NCBI GenBank assembly: GCA_045046875.1
Contig: JASFYY010000118.1
Coordinates: 9,841-73,840, forward strand
Direction: 5' to 3'
DNA length: 64,000 bases
Source: Verrucomicrobiota bacterium
GTDB lineage: Bacteria > Verrucomicrobiota > Verrucomicrobiia > Verrucomicrobiales > DEV007
Shown: positions 1 to 9,791 of the stretch, piece by piece
Numbering within the stretch: the stretch's first letter is position 1
How the letters are laid out: each line of letters begins with the position of its first letter
Made by a program: the position numbers and the translations under genes
Notes under the pieces: generated by a model
Databases searched by the model: none
Seen by the model: the letters and a program-made list of their open reading frames with translations, nothing else
Told to the model about the DNA's origin: nothing

Positions 1-444
1 GGCACTTGGGCTTTCCGTCTCGACGAACCCAAACATGTTCTTAACCAAGCCTTTGGCGGCAAAGGCTTCTGGCATCAGGACGAAATCTACCAGTACCAAC
101 CCACCACCTTTGCCGGACCGGAAAACCTGCGCATCATCGTCAGTCTCGACATGACAAAAAAAGACGTCTCCGACAAACTCAGTGATCCCAAGCTCGACAA
201 ACACAACAAGGCCTTCAAACCCGGCAAACGCGAAGTGCCTGTTACCTGGTTACGCGAATACGGCAAAGGCCGCCTCTTTTACACCAACCTGGGACACAAC
301 AAACAAACTTACTGGGCAGCTGATGTGATGCAACATTACCTGGACGGCCTGCAATACGCATTTGGAGATCTCGATGCCGATGCAACTCCGACCGCAAAGG
401 CGGAAAAAGTTGAGCCCGCTTTAGCTCCTGCTAAAGCACCTTGA
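1..444 (+). CDS. ThuA-like (trehalose utilisation/class I GATase-like) domain protein, 5'-truncated by window edge
   Basis: Frame is open from base 1 (GTWAFRLDEPKH...DEIYQY...). PVTWLREYGKGRLFYTNLGH is the typical ThuA C-terminal motif. Confidence 0.8.
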   Translation, partial: GTWAFRLDEPKHVLNQAFGGKGFWHQDEIYQYQPTTFAGPENLRIIVSLDMTKKDVSDKLSDPKLDKHNKAFKPGKREVPVTWLREYGKGRLFYTNLGHNKQTYWAADVMQHYLDGLQYAFGDLDADATPTAKAEKVEPALAPAKAP

Positions 445-547
445 TTTGGCCCTGCCAAATCTGTCGTATTGCTCGCTTGATCGGTCGGATCTGTCTGATA
501 GAACAAATCCGACTGGTTTCCATACCGTTCTCACGGCTGACCACGCA

Positions 548-1048
548 TCATTCAATTCCCTTCACGGTTTTATAAACCGTGAACCCCCGGCGCTTGTAAT
601 TGACCAACGCGCTCTGGTGATCCCGAGTGCAAGTGTGCAACCAAACCCGCCGCGTTCCACTGAGTGACCAGGCAGATTCAATCGCTGTCGTTACCAACGC
701 ACCGCCCAATCCACAAGCCACATATTCCGGCAGCAATCCGAGCTGAACAATTTCCACATCACCACCCTGCTGCGACTCGATCTCAAAATAACCAGCAGGC
801 TGACTATCCACAGCAATGACTCCCGTAGTCAAAGCTTTGCGATTGACATAGGCATGCCATTGCTCATCCGACCACTTCAAGCGTTCTGTCCATTGCCAGT
901 CCCCTCCGACTTTCTGGTAGAACTGCCGATTCACATCAGGCGCCGCCTCTTCCAGAATCGTAACAGCGAAATTCGATGGCCCCGCTTTCACGCACAAGAC
1001 TTCCCGATCCAACATTTCCAAATAAAAGGTCGTCAACTCACTCATCAC
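548..1048 (-). CDS. GNAT family N-acetyltransferase
   Basis: VEIVQLGLLPEYVACGLGGAL (motif A), RVWLHTC, ALVNYKRRGF (motif B). Confidence 0.85.
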   Translation of the reverse strand: MMSELTTFYLEMLDREVLCVKAGPSNFAVTILEEAAPDVNRQFYQKVGGDWQWTERLKWSDEQWHAYVNRKALTTGVIAVDSQPAGYFEIESQQGGDVEIVQLGLLPEYVACGLGGALVTTAIESAWSLSGTRRVWLHTCTRDHQSALVNYKRRGFTVYKTVKGIE

Positions 1049-1230
1049 AGCTCAAAGCTACATCGGTCAGTAAATTAAGGCAAATTCGGTATAAATGTCG
1101 CCCCAAATACCTAAACAAACCTTTTTTTGAGACAATAATCCTAAAATCTGAGCAGAACAGCCTAGAGTTCTCTGTCTAGATCGGCTTTTGTGAGCTATCT
1201 TTGAGAATCCCCCTCGTTTCCCCTGCTCCT

Positions 1231-4110
1231 ATGATATTCCGTTCTTCACTAGCTTCGTTTTTTGCCTCTGCTTTTTTCATCAGCACCTCACTGTCTAGTC
1301 TTGCTGCTGCCCCAAAAAGCGAATCCTTTTTTGAATCCAAAATTGCGCCCATTCTCGAAGCGAATTGCCTCGAGTGTCACAACAGCAATGTCAGCAAAGG
1401 AAATTTGTCACTGACATCCCTCAAGGAAACACTTGCTGGTGGCGAAGATGGCCCAGGGTTGATTCCATCCAATCCCGACAAAAGCCGCTTGGTCCAATAC
1501 ATCAGTGGACCGGATCCGGACATGCCTAAAAAGAAGGACGCCCTTTCTGCCGATCAAGTGAAACTGATTCGCCAGTGGATTGCCAAAGGAGCCGACTGGC
1601 CCATGCAAGTGGTGCTGCGCGAAAAATCCAAAGGCGATAAATCCTGGTGGGCCTACATTCCACTCTCGGACAAAAAACCGCCCTCCCCAGCTAAGCTCCC
1701 TCCCGAATGGAGCCTCAACCCGATTGACCGTTACATTTTTGCCGGACTGGCAGAAAAAAAGCTCCAACCCAACCCGCCGGCTGACCGCCACGCGCTCATC
1801 CGCAGAGTGACTTACGACCTCACCGGACTGCCTCCCACTGCAAAAGAAATCGATACTTTTGTCAACGACTCCGGCCCCACCGCCTACCGCCAACTCATCG
1901 AACGGTTGCTCGATTCACCTGCTTATGGTGAACGCTGGGGGCGTCACTGGTTGGATGTGATTCGTTTTGGTGAAAGCATCGGTTTTGAGCGTAACGGCAT
2001 CATCGACAATGCCTGGCCCTTCCGTGACTACGTGATCAAATCATTCAACGACGACAAACCCTTCGACCAATTCACCCTGGAGCATCTTGCTGGTGACGTC
2101 ATAGCTCCCAACAATCCTGCCATCGAAGTTGGCACGACTTTTCTAGTCTGTGGCCCTTTCGACAATGTCGGCAATCAGGACCTTGTTCAGAAAGCCCAGA
2201 TCCGCGCCAATACGATTGATGAAATTGTCCGCGCCACTGGCGAAGCTTTTCTCGCTACCACCATCGGATGCGCCCGCTGCCACGACCACAAATTTGATCC
2301 TGTGAGGCAGGAAGATTATTACGCTCTTTATGCCACCTTCGCCGGTGTCAAACACGGTGCCCGTGTCATCGCGCCCGCCAAAGACAAAAAAGCACGTGCT
2401 GACAAACTGAAATTACTCACCGATAACAAAAACAAGCTCAGCAAAGAAAAATCTTCCCTGGAAAATAGCGTCATGGCTCGGGCGGAAAAAAAGGCATCCA
2501 GCTATGACGCCGCTTATACCCGCCCCGCAACCGAGCGTTACGGAACCGAAGAAACCTTTGCTCCGGTCAAAGCAAAACACCTGCGATTCACTTCTGAAGG
2601 TTTAGACACCAATCCCAACGCAAGCTCGGGTTTTCGTCTCGACGAATTTGAAGTCTGGACCTCCGGCAAAAAAACACGCAATGTTGCCCTCGCTAGCAAT
2701 GGAGGAAGCGCCGAAGGGAAAAGCCGCATCGCCGGTGACTTTGCAGGAGCTTACGGAGCACAGCTCACTATCGACGGTAAATTTGGAGCTCGCTGGGTGG
2801 CATCTTCACCGCAACTGACCATCACCTTCGCAAAGCCTGAAACCATCCAACGGGTCTTCTTCTCCAGTGACCGGCTCAAACAGCTGGTCAAACACAGCAA
2901 AACCACCTTCGTCGGAGAATACCGCATTGAAATTTCAACCGACGGCAAAAACTGGACCGAAGTCGCCAACTCCCACGACCGCAAAGCGGCCACTGCCGCC
3001 CAACGAAAAAAACGTTTCCTCAAACTAGAAACCCAAGCCGATGAAGGCAAACGCCTTGCCGCCATTTCCGCCGAACTCAGAAAAACCGAAACCGCCATCA
3101 CTGCTCTTCCAACCCTTCCCTCTTGGTGGGTCGGACAGTTTGCCGAACCTCCTGAAAAGAGTTTCCACGTTTTTATCGGTGGCAGCCCCCAACGACCGGG
3201 CGCCAGCGTATTGCCCGCCAGCCTCTCAACCTTGAGCGAAGTCACGCCCTCATACCAATTAAAAAACGAAAGCCCGGAAAAAGAACGCCGCCTGGCACTG
3301 GCAAAATGGATCATCAACCAAGACAATCCGCTCACCCCACGGGTGCTCGCCAACCGCCTGTGGCATTACCACTTTGGCACTGGCTTGGTGGATACTCCCA
3401 GCGACTTTGGTTATATGGGATCCAAACCCACCCACCCCGAACTGCTCGACTGGCTCGCCCGTCGAATTCATCAAACCGGCTGGCGTCTGAAAGACGTGCA
3501 CCGTGACATCCTGCTCTCCCAAACCTACCAACAGTCCTCCGCCTACCGCAGCGACGCCGCCAAGGTCGACTCTGATTCCCGCCTCTTGTGGCGCTTCCCT
3601 CCCCGCCGCCTCTCCGCAGAAGAAATCCGCGATACGCTGCTGACCCTCTCTGGCAAGCTCAACAACAAAATGGGCGGCCCCGGCTTCCGTTTATACCAAT
3701 ACCTGGTGGACAACGTATCAACTTACGTCCCGCTCGACCACCACGGCCCGGAAACCTGGCGACGCTCGGTTTACCATCAAAACGCCCGCGCCGCTTTTGT
3801 CGATCTGCTCTCCGAATTCGACTGCCCCGACAATGCTTTTGCCACCCCGAGGCGTTCTTCCACCACCACACCCTTACAGGCGCTCACCCTGATGAATCAT
3901 AGCTTCACAGTTGAAATGGCTGGATTTTTCGCCCAGCGACTGAAACAAAAAAACGTCGCCGCGCAAGTGGATGAAGCTTTTTTGCTCGCCTACGGCAGAC
4001 CTCCCGCCACAAAGGAAAAACAAGCCGCCACCCAACTCATCCAACAACACGGGCTCACCGCATTCTGCCGTGCCTTGCTCAACTCCAACGAATTGATCTA
4101 TCTCAACTAA
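1231..4110 (+). CDS. Planctomycete cytochrome c / DUF1549 (PSCyt2) / DUF1553 (PSD1) protein with inserted discoidin-like (F5/8C-like) modules
   Basis: Signal peptide; CLECH and [11 protein letters not shown] heme motifs; YGERWGRHWLD, PTHPELLDWLA, TTTPLQALTLMN. ATG 1231 preferred over TTG 1201. Confidence 0.9.
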   Translation: MIFRSSLASFFASAFFISTSLSSLAAAPKSESFFESKIAPILEANCLECHNSNVSKGNLSLTSLKETLAGGEDGPGLIPSNPDKSRLVQYISGPDPDMPKKKDALSADQVKLIRQWIAKGADWPMQVVLREKSKGDKSWWAYIPLSDKKPPSPAKLPPEWSLNPIDRYIFAGLAEKKLQPNPPADRHALIRRVTYDLTGLPPTAKEIDTFVNDSGPTAYRQLIERLLDSPAYGERWGRHWLDVIRFGESIGFERNGIIDNAWPFRDYVIKSFNDDKPFDQFTLEHLAGDVIAPNNPAIEVGTTFLVCGPFDNVGNQDLVQKAQIRANTIDEIVRATGEAFLATTIGCARCHDHKFDPVRQEDYYALYATFAGVKHGARVIAPAKDKKARADKLKLLTDNKNKLSKEKSSLENSVMARAEKKASSYDAAYTRPATERYGTEETFAPVKAKHLRFTSEGLDTNPNASSGFRLDEFEVWTSGKKTRNVALASNGGSAEGKSRIAGDFAGAYGAQLTIDGKFGARWVASSPQLTITFAKPETIQRVFFSSDRLKQLVKHSKTTFVGEYRIEISTDGKNWTEVANSHDRKAATAAQRKKRFLKLETQADEGKRLAAISAELRKTETAITALPTLPSWWVGQFAEPPEKSFHVFIGGSPQRPGASVLPASLSTLSEVTPSYQLKNESPEKERRLALAKWIINQDNPLTPRVLANRLWHYHFGTGLVDTPSDFGYMGSKPTHPELLDWLARRIHQTGWRLKDVHRDILLSQTYQQSSAYRSDAAKVDSDSRLLWRFPPRRLSAEEIRDTLLTLSGKLNNKMGGPGFRLYQYLVDNVSTYVPLDHHGPETWRRSVYHQNARAAFVDLLSEFDCPDNAFATPRRSSTTTPLQALTLMNHSFTVEMAGFFAQRLKQKNVAAQVDEAFLLAYGRPPATKEKQAATQLIQQHGLTAFCRALLNSNELIYLN

Positions 4111-4150
4111 TTTCCTGTATTACCGACATCCTGCCGATAATTTCCCCGCC

Positions 4151-5623
4151 ATGACACCGGAAAAACCTCAGCTCATGAACATCCCTCCCCACCTCCAATC
4201 CCGCCGCGATTTTCTGGGAAATATCCAGACCGGTCTGATGGGCATCGCCCTGTCCGACCTGCTGCAAACCGATGCCAGCGCCACGACTTCATCAACGGTT
4301 GCCCAGTGGTTACCTGGACGCGGAAGCTGCCACCACCACCCCAAGGCCAAACGGGTTTTGCAAATTTTCTGCCCCGGAGCGGCCTCGCACATGGATCTGT
4401 GGGAGCACAAACCCGAGCTCGACAAATGGCACGGCAAACCCCTTCCCGGTGAAGAAAACCTGGTTTCTTTTCAGGGCAAAAATGGCAACTTGATGAAATC
4501 CCCCTGGCCTTTCATCAAACAAGGGCAATCCGGCAAAGCGATCAGCAGCCTACTTCCCCACCTTGGACAACACGTCGATGACATTGCCTTCATCCACTCG
4601 ATGCACTCCGACACCAATACCCACGGCCCCGGCTGTGTGTTCATGAATACTGGCCAACCCACCGAAGGCTTTCCCAGTGCCGGAGCCTGGCTCAGTTACG
4701 CTCTAGGCAGCGCCAATCAAAATTTACCTACTTACATCTGCATCCCCGACATCCGCGGCGAGCCGCCTAACGGCAAAGCCAACTGGAGCAACGGCTTTTT
4801 ACCCGCCCAGCATCAGGCCATCGTGATGAACGCCCAACAGCCCATCCGCAACCTGACCCTGCCCGCTGGTATCAACGCCAAACAAGAATCCGCCTCGCGT
4901 GATTTTCTTCGCCAACTCAATCAACAACACATCGAACGCAATCCCGGCAACTCCAATCTGCAAGCCCGCATGGCCTCCTACGAATTGGCTGCCCGCATGC
5001 AACTGTCCGCGCCCGAGGTCTCCGATCTCAAATCCGAGCCCAAATCCATCCACAAACTTTACGGCACCGAAGATCCCAACCGGCTCAAATCCGCTTACGC
5101 CAAAAACTGCCTGCTCGCCCGCCGCTTCCTCGAACGCGGCGTTCGTTACGTCAATCTCTATTGCTCGTCCCGCGCCTCTGGCGTTGATGGGCTGCTCAAC
5201 TGGGATGCCCACAAAACGCTCAAATCCGACTACGAACGCCACTGTCCGGTTCTCGACCAAGCCACCGCAGCTCTGCTCACTGACCTCAAACAGCGCGGCA
5301 TGCTCGAAGACACTCTCATCCTTTGGACCACCGAATTTGGACGCATGCCAACCCATCAGGCGGGCACCGCTGGACGCGACCACAACCCCGACGGTTTCAC
5401 CTGCTGGATGATGGGAGGCGGCATCAAAGGTGGCACCAGTTACGGATCCACCGACGAGTTCGGTCGCCGTGCACAGGACAAACCCACCACCGTCTGGGAT
5501 TTCTACGCCACAGCACTTCACCTGCTCGGTTTCGATCACGAAAAACTCAGTTACTACAACAACGGCCTCGATCGACGCCTAACCGGCGTAGAAGGAAATC
5601 TAATCCGTGGGATCATGGCCTGA
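4151..5623 (+). CDS. DUF1501 family protein (Tat-type N-terminus)
   Basis: SRRDFL twin-arginine motif; PKAKRVLQIF..GAASHMDLW; EFGRMP; GRDHNP. Paired with the upstream DUF1553 gene. Confidence 0.9.
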   Translation: MTPEKPQLMNIPPHLQSRRDFLGNIQTGLMGIALSDLLQTDASATTSSTVAQWLPGRGSCHHHPKAKRVLQIFCPGAASHMDLWEHKPELDKWHGKPLPGEENLVSFQGKNGNLMKSPWPFIKQGQSGKAISSLLPHLGQHVDDIAFIHSMHSDTNTHGPGCVFMNTGQPTEGFPSAGAWLSYALGSANQNLPTYICIPDIRGEPPNGKANWSNGFLPAQHQAIVMNAQQPIRNLTLPAGINAKQESASRDFLRQLNQQHIERNPGNSNLQARMASYELAARMQLSAPEVSDLKSEPKSIHKLYGTEDPNRLKSAYAKNCLLARRFLERGVRYVNLYCSSRASGVDGLLNWDAHKTLKSDYERHCPVLDQATAALLTDLKQRGMLEDTLILWTTEFGRMPTHQAGTAGRDHNPDGFTCWMMGGGIKGGTSYGSTDEFGRRAQDKPTTVWDFYATALHLLGFDHEKLSYYNNGLDRRLTGVEGNLIRGIMA

Positions 5624-5639
5624 CCTCGTCCCGATTTGT

Positions 5640-6044
5640 TCACAATTTTCCTGAGATTTTAAGAAGCTTGACCTTCTGACGGTTGTATTCTGACGCAAAA
5701 TAAAACGCGGCTAGATTGAAATTACGATGCGCATCACTGACAATCGCGTCAGAAGTTCCTTTGATATGTTTCACTCCATGCTTCTCCGCCACCAACTTCC
5801 CCACTTCAAAATCCAAACCAGGGTAATACAGACTATAACTGCTGGCTGAAAATATCCCGTAAGAAGCCCGCTCAAAGTCAGTTACTGCCTCTTTGACAGC
5901 TTTCTTAGCTTCAAACTCTCTGGTTCGACGGCGATAACTTGCATCGCTCGCGCCATCTGAACCTCCCTGCCCTTGATTCAAGTCCGCACAGCCTTGAAAA
6001 ACAAAAATCACCAGTAGCGAACAATAGACCCATGCAAATTTCAT
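5640..6044 (-). CDS. Hypothetical lipoprotein (~134 aa)
   Basis: MKFAWVYCSLLVIFVFQGC lipobox-like signal starts at ATG 6044. The longer ORF extension overlaps the next gene and a repeat. Confidence 0.6.
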   Translation of the reverse strand: MKFAWVYCSLLVIFVFQGCADLNQGQGGSDGASDASYRRRTREFEAKKAVKEAVTDFERASYGIFSASSYSLYYPGLDFEVGKLVAEKHGVKHIKGTSDAIVSDAHRNFNLAAFYFASEYNRQKVKLLKISGKL

Positions 6045-6082
6045 CACCGACTTCTCTGTCCCTTCATGATTAAAATCATCAT

Positions 6083-6108
6083 CTTTGCGCTCTTTGCGCC
6101 TTTGCGAG
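6083..6108. repeat. Short intergenic tandem repeat (CTTTGCG x3)
   Basis: CTTTGCG at 6083, 6092 and 6100. Confidence 0.6.
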
Positions 6109-6136
6109 AAACCCTCATCCCATTCCCAATCGGATC

Positions 6137-6976
6137 TCACTTCCCCTTCTTCCCATAACCCTTCGCCGGGGTTCCATCTTCCTGCAGCTTGCCGCAAGTC
6201 CACAGCAAACCACGCGTCAATAAATCCAGATAGACCGGATCCAACATCGTCTCATTGTGATGCCCAATCGTCGTTCCAAAGGTTTTACAGCCTTTGTATT
6301 CGTTCACCCAAATACAAGTCTGCGCCGCTTCTGTTGAAGGGATCTTCCCCTCCGCCAAAGCCGTCGCCGAGTCCCATACCTTGGCATCGGGATGAGCTTT
6401 CGAATTGGTATTATAAAGCTCCCCCTGCGGCGTCACCCAATCATCCGGCAAAGCCTTGATCACCGGATGCGTTTTATTTAATTTAGCCAGCTTGATCGGA
6501 CTCTTTTTGCCGTGATTAAAAGAACTCACTCCAATCAATTTACGGTATTCGTCCGTCTTCGCCGCACGATAGGAATGCATCGAACAATGCAATACCACCA
6601 CTCCCACTCCGTAATCCGTATGAGCCTTGACCATCGCGTTGACAAAATCGTCATCCGCCACTCCGCCATAACACTCATTATGAACAATCACATCATAATC
6701 CTTGGCCCAATCCTTTTTTTTGTAGATCCCAATCTGATGCTCCCGCCCCTCAAATTGCTCGTAAACCAAATCCCACACCACCTTGGCCCGCTCGCTCACC
6801 CCGTCCATGATGATGCGTTTCTGCATATCATAATCATGACAACAACCCCCGGTGATCAACAAAGCTCTAATCGCAGCTGGACCATCTGCTTTCTTTTTTT
6901 TCTGCGCCTGCAGATCCAGAGTCGTCAACAAAGTGAAAGAAAGAAACAATAAAATATATACAGGGAGTCTTTTCAT
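6137..6976 (-). CDS. Secreted ThuA domain-containing protein
   Basis: Signal peptide; ALLITGGCCHDY, YDVIVHNEC, LHCSMHSYR, GELY, FGTTIGHHNETM. Confidence 0.85.
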   Translation of the reverse strand: MKRLPVYILLFLSFTLLTTLDLQAQKKKKADGPAAIRALLITGGCCHDYDMQKRIIMDGVSERAKVVWDLVYEQFEGREHQIGIYKKKDWAKDYDVIVHNECYGGVADDDFVNAMVKAHTDYGVGVVVLHCSMHSYRAAKTDEYRKLIGVSSFNHGKKSPIKLAKLNKTHPVIKALPDDWVTPQGELYNTNSKAHPDAKVWDSATALAEGKIPSTEAAQTCIWVNEYKGCKTFGTTIGHHNETMLDPVYLDLLTRGLLWTCGKLQEDGTPAKGYGKKGK

Positions 6977-7019
6977 AAATCTTCTTTCCCACGAAATCGA
7001 TCTCTTTGCAAGTAACCTC

Positions 7020-7430
7020 TCACCGCGGTAAATAACAAAGTAAATACAGCCAGTTGAGCAGTAACAACACCGTGATCACAACTCCCCACCACTTGCCCGG
7101 CTTGCTTGCTGTCTGACTGACACCTCCGCCCGCCCCAACTTGATACCTCGCCAACTTGATCGTGCTCACGGTCCAGACAAACCACAGCACGATCACTGCC
7201 ACCGCCAACACCACCAACGGATTAAAGCCTGCAGCCTCGCCAAGCTCCCCTCTGGACAAAGCCTTCATCGCCCGTGTCCCTCCACAGCCTACACAAGGCA
7301 CCCCCGTCAACGTGCGCAGCGAACACTGTGGAGCCTTCACCGGCCAGGCATCATAAGTTCTTGCTGCGAGCAACAAAAACACTACCGCCAACAAACTCAC
7401 CGACGGAGCCACCAATCGATCATAACGCAT
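7020..7430 (-). CDS. DUF2752 domain membrane protein
   Basis: C..RTLTGVPCVGCGGTRA....G....A...NPL signature; ATG 7430 directly follows the upstream stop at 7432. Confidence 0.85.
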   Translation of the reverse strand: MRYDRLVAPSVSLLAVVFLLLAARTYDAWPVKAPQCSLRTLTGVPCVGCGGTRAMKALSRGELGEAAGFNPLVVLAVAVIVLWFVWTVSTIKLARYQVGAGGGVSQTASKPGKWWGVVITVLLLLNWLYLLCYLPR

Positions 7431-7431
7431 A

Positions 7432-8454
7432 TCACTGATCCCCTGATTCAAGCGCACGCAAGCGCTGTCGCCCGAATACACCTTCGTAAAAACACGCCAG
7501 AGCCAGCATGCTCCAAGGCAGGGTAAAAAACAGTCCCACACAAATCATTACAGTTCCCATCAGGCTCACCAATCCAAGCAACATCCCAAATAACATACAA
7601 GCAAACCAGTGTTTGTTTACCGCCTTCATGCTCAGTGACATTGACGACCAGAAATCTATTTTTTTATCGACACACAACAAACCCGCAAACATCCAAGCCA
7701 CATTAATATAGATTAAAGGTATAAGCAGAACAATCACTCCGAGAACCACGATTGAAACACCTGCCACCTCGGAGAACTTATCAATCGCGACCGTGCCACC
7801 CAATATCACTAAAATACCCGGAACCATAACTGCCAACATAAGTAATCCTGACACCAAAGCCATAAGAATCAGCTGCCAAAAATTACGACTGAACCCTGAA
7901 AAGCTGTCTTCCATTCGAGCACTCTTCCCGCGCACTTTAAGCAGCATATAATAGGAAAGCCCCGCAAACAGCGGAGTGGCCAGCAATCCACCAAAGGGGG
8001 CCTGGGAAGCCACCGAATAAATAATCAATATGACAGCAGTAACACCCACCATCGGCCAAAAGTCTGCAGTGTACAACTGCCAGGCCTGATTAAAATACCG
8101 ACTTGCGCTCGGATCATAATCACCCACATCCTCACTGCCTTCGACCTCGCTGCCCTCCATCAGATGTTGAACAAAATCCTCTCGATGATCAGGCAAAATC
8201 CAGCGTTCGCCATAAGGAACCATTTCACTCTTGGGTCTCACCTCTCCCGAATGAGCGCATACCGCCAGTTCCTCCCCTTGCTCGTTTTTTAAAATGTCCG
8301 CTTTTTCCAGCGGCATCCAATCAGCCAATCCTTCCCGCCACACCAAACTCGTCAAACTCAGATCCCCCGCCTCGAATAGGCGCACCAAATCAGCCGCATC
8401 TACCGGCCCGTTTTGTTTGCCTGCTTTTTCATAATACCATTCCATTGAATTCAA
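7432..8454 (-). CDS. GYF_2 (DUF4339) domain membrane protein
   Basis: N-terminal WYY....QNGPV....L...SLVWREGLADW; C-terminal multi-TM region. Confidence 0.85.
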   Translation of the reverse strand: MNSMEWYYEKAGKQNGPVDAADLVRLFEAGDLSLTSLVWREGLADWMPLEKADILKNEQGEELAVCAHSGEVRPKSEMVPYGERWILPDHREDFVQHLMEGSEVEGSEDVGDYDPSASRYFNQAWQLYTADFWPMVGVTAVILIIYSVASQAPFGGLLATPLFAGLSYYMLLKVRGKSARMEDSFSGFSRNFWQLILMALVSGLLMLAVMVPGILVILGGTVAIDKFSEVAGVSIVVLGVIVLLIPLIYINVAWMFAGLLCVDKKIDFWSSMSLSMKAVNKHWFACMLFGMLLGLVSLMGTVMICVGLFFTLPWSMLALACFYEGVFGRQRLRALESGDQ

Positions 8455-8504
8455 GATACGGAATCTAACGCAAAAGAAAACTTAAATCACCTAATACCCC
8501 TTCC

Positions 8505-9299
8505 TTACTTCACCACCTCTGCCAGAGGCTTGCGAAGTTGATTCATCAACACGTCATAACCCCGCATCGTTAGATGAGTTCCATCCACCGTCAGCCCCCG
8601 CTTCCACGTTCCTGCTGTGGTCAAAAAACTATCGTGCACATTCAAAAAATCAATTTTACCCATCACCTCCAATTCACTCAAAGCCTGATTGGTTAAACGC
8701 ACACTCCCTCTCAAAGCAGAACTCTGATCATAACCGTTTGGTAAGATCGACAACAACAAAACCCGACTCCGAGGCAACTTCAACTGAATCACTTTCAACA
8801 CCGCAGCCACTCCTCGCGCCACATCTTCAGGTTTGTCCGGTGGTGATTTGGATAAATTATTCGTGCCCAACATCAGCACCACCAGCCCGGGCTGAATTTT
8901 CTCAAGCCCGCCATTCTTTAATCGCCACAGAATATTCTCCACCCGATCCGCCGCCATCCCCAGATTGGCCACCTTTTTATCATGAAACTCCAAGAGCCAA
9001 ACCGGCGATCCTTCGTTGCTCCAAAATTCCGTCAAAGAATCTCCGACAAAACAAATCTCCGGTTTCACCGCATCCGCCTGACGGCTCAAGCGATTCGCCT
9101 TGCCCCCCCATCCCGAACTTTTCCCCGGCTCAGCTTTCCAAGGTTTTGATTCACTCTCGACAGCAAATCCACCATCGACAGCCAGCACCCCAACACACCA
9201 AACCAAAAAAAAGCGGACTAAAAAGTCCGCTCTCTTTGTAATTGTAAAATCAAGCTCAGTCACATCCACATCCTCCACCGCAACAACCGTCTTTGGCAT
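8505..9299 (-). CDS. SGNH/GDSL esterase (PAF-acetylhydrolase-like); true start uncertain, probably near 9200
   Basis: FVGDSLT (block I), LGTNN (block III), DGTHL (block V). Confidence 0.85.
   Translation of the reverse strand: MPKTVVAVEDVDVTELDFTITKRADFLVRFFLVWCVGVLAVDGGFAVESESKPWKAEPGKSSGWGGKANRLSRQADAVKPEICFVGDSLTEFWSNEGSPVWLLEFHDKKVANLGMAADRVENILWRLKNGGLEKIQPGLVVLMLGTNNLSKSPPDKPEDVARGVAAVLKVIQLKLPRSRVLLLSILPNGYDQSSALRGSVRLTNQALSELEVMGKIDFLNVHDSFLTTAGTWKRGLTVDGTHLTMRGYDVLMNQLRKPLAEVVK
9203..9231 (-). terminator. Intrinsic terminator-like hairpin after the YlbF-like gene
   Basis: AGCGGACT-N4-AGTCCGCT hairpin followed by T8 on the minus strand, ~25 nt after the stop at 9256. Confidence 0.65.
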
Positions 9300-9672
9300 T
9301 CATTTCTTTTTCCGTCGGAACCTTGCCGTTTTCGATCGTTTTAGAAACGTATTTTGACACCTTCTGGTGCAAGGAATTCAATTCACTCTGCGCACTCATG
9401 AAGCTTTTCACCTTCAAATTCTCATCCGCAGCTTTACGCAAGGTTTCGTATTCGTCCAAATCAGCATCCGTCACTTCCGCGCCGGAATGTTGTTTCTGAT
9501 GCATTTCCTCCCCCTTTTGGGCAAAGTTCACATAAACCTCTTTAGAGGCCGGATCATCAAGCAGAGATTCAATCGATGCCACCCGCCCACGGTATTCTTC
9601 GTCCGCGAGAATGGTTTCACACAAGTCCTGGATTTTTTCGTCAATAGTTGTTTCAGCAGTCAGCGTTTGCAT
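9256..9672 (-). CDS. YlbF/YmcA (Com_YlbF, Ric-like) family regulator with Cys-rich tail
   Basis: Acidic helical protein: LCETILADEEY...KQHSG...FMSAQSELNSL; ends GCCGGGCGCD. Confidence 0.75.
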   Translation of the reverse strand: MQTLTAETTIDEKIQDLCETILADEEYRGRVASIESLLDDPASKEVYVNFAQKGEEMHQKQHSGAEVTDADLDEYETLRKAADENLKVKSFMSAQSELNSLHQKVSKYVSKTIENGKVPTEKEMNAKDGCCGGGCGCD

Positions 9673-9791
9673 TACCCTACATAGCCCACTTTCACCGCTA
9701 CCGCAAATCAATCACTTTGATCAATTTCTCCCTTTGGTAAAAGCCCAGTTTCCTGTAGTTTCCCATTTACCAAAAGCCAAACCCTATACCC

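Noticed and set aside
6045..6203. N-terminal extension of the 187-aa ORF
   Set aside because: It overlaps the ThuA gene end and translates the repeat region; the lipoprotein signal starts at 6044.
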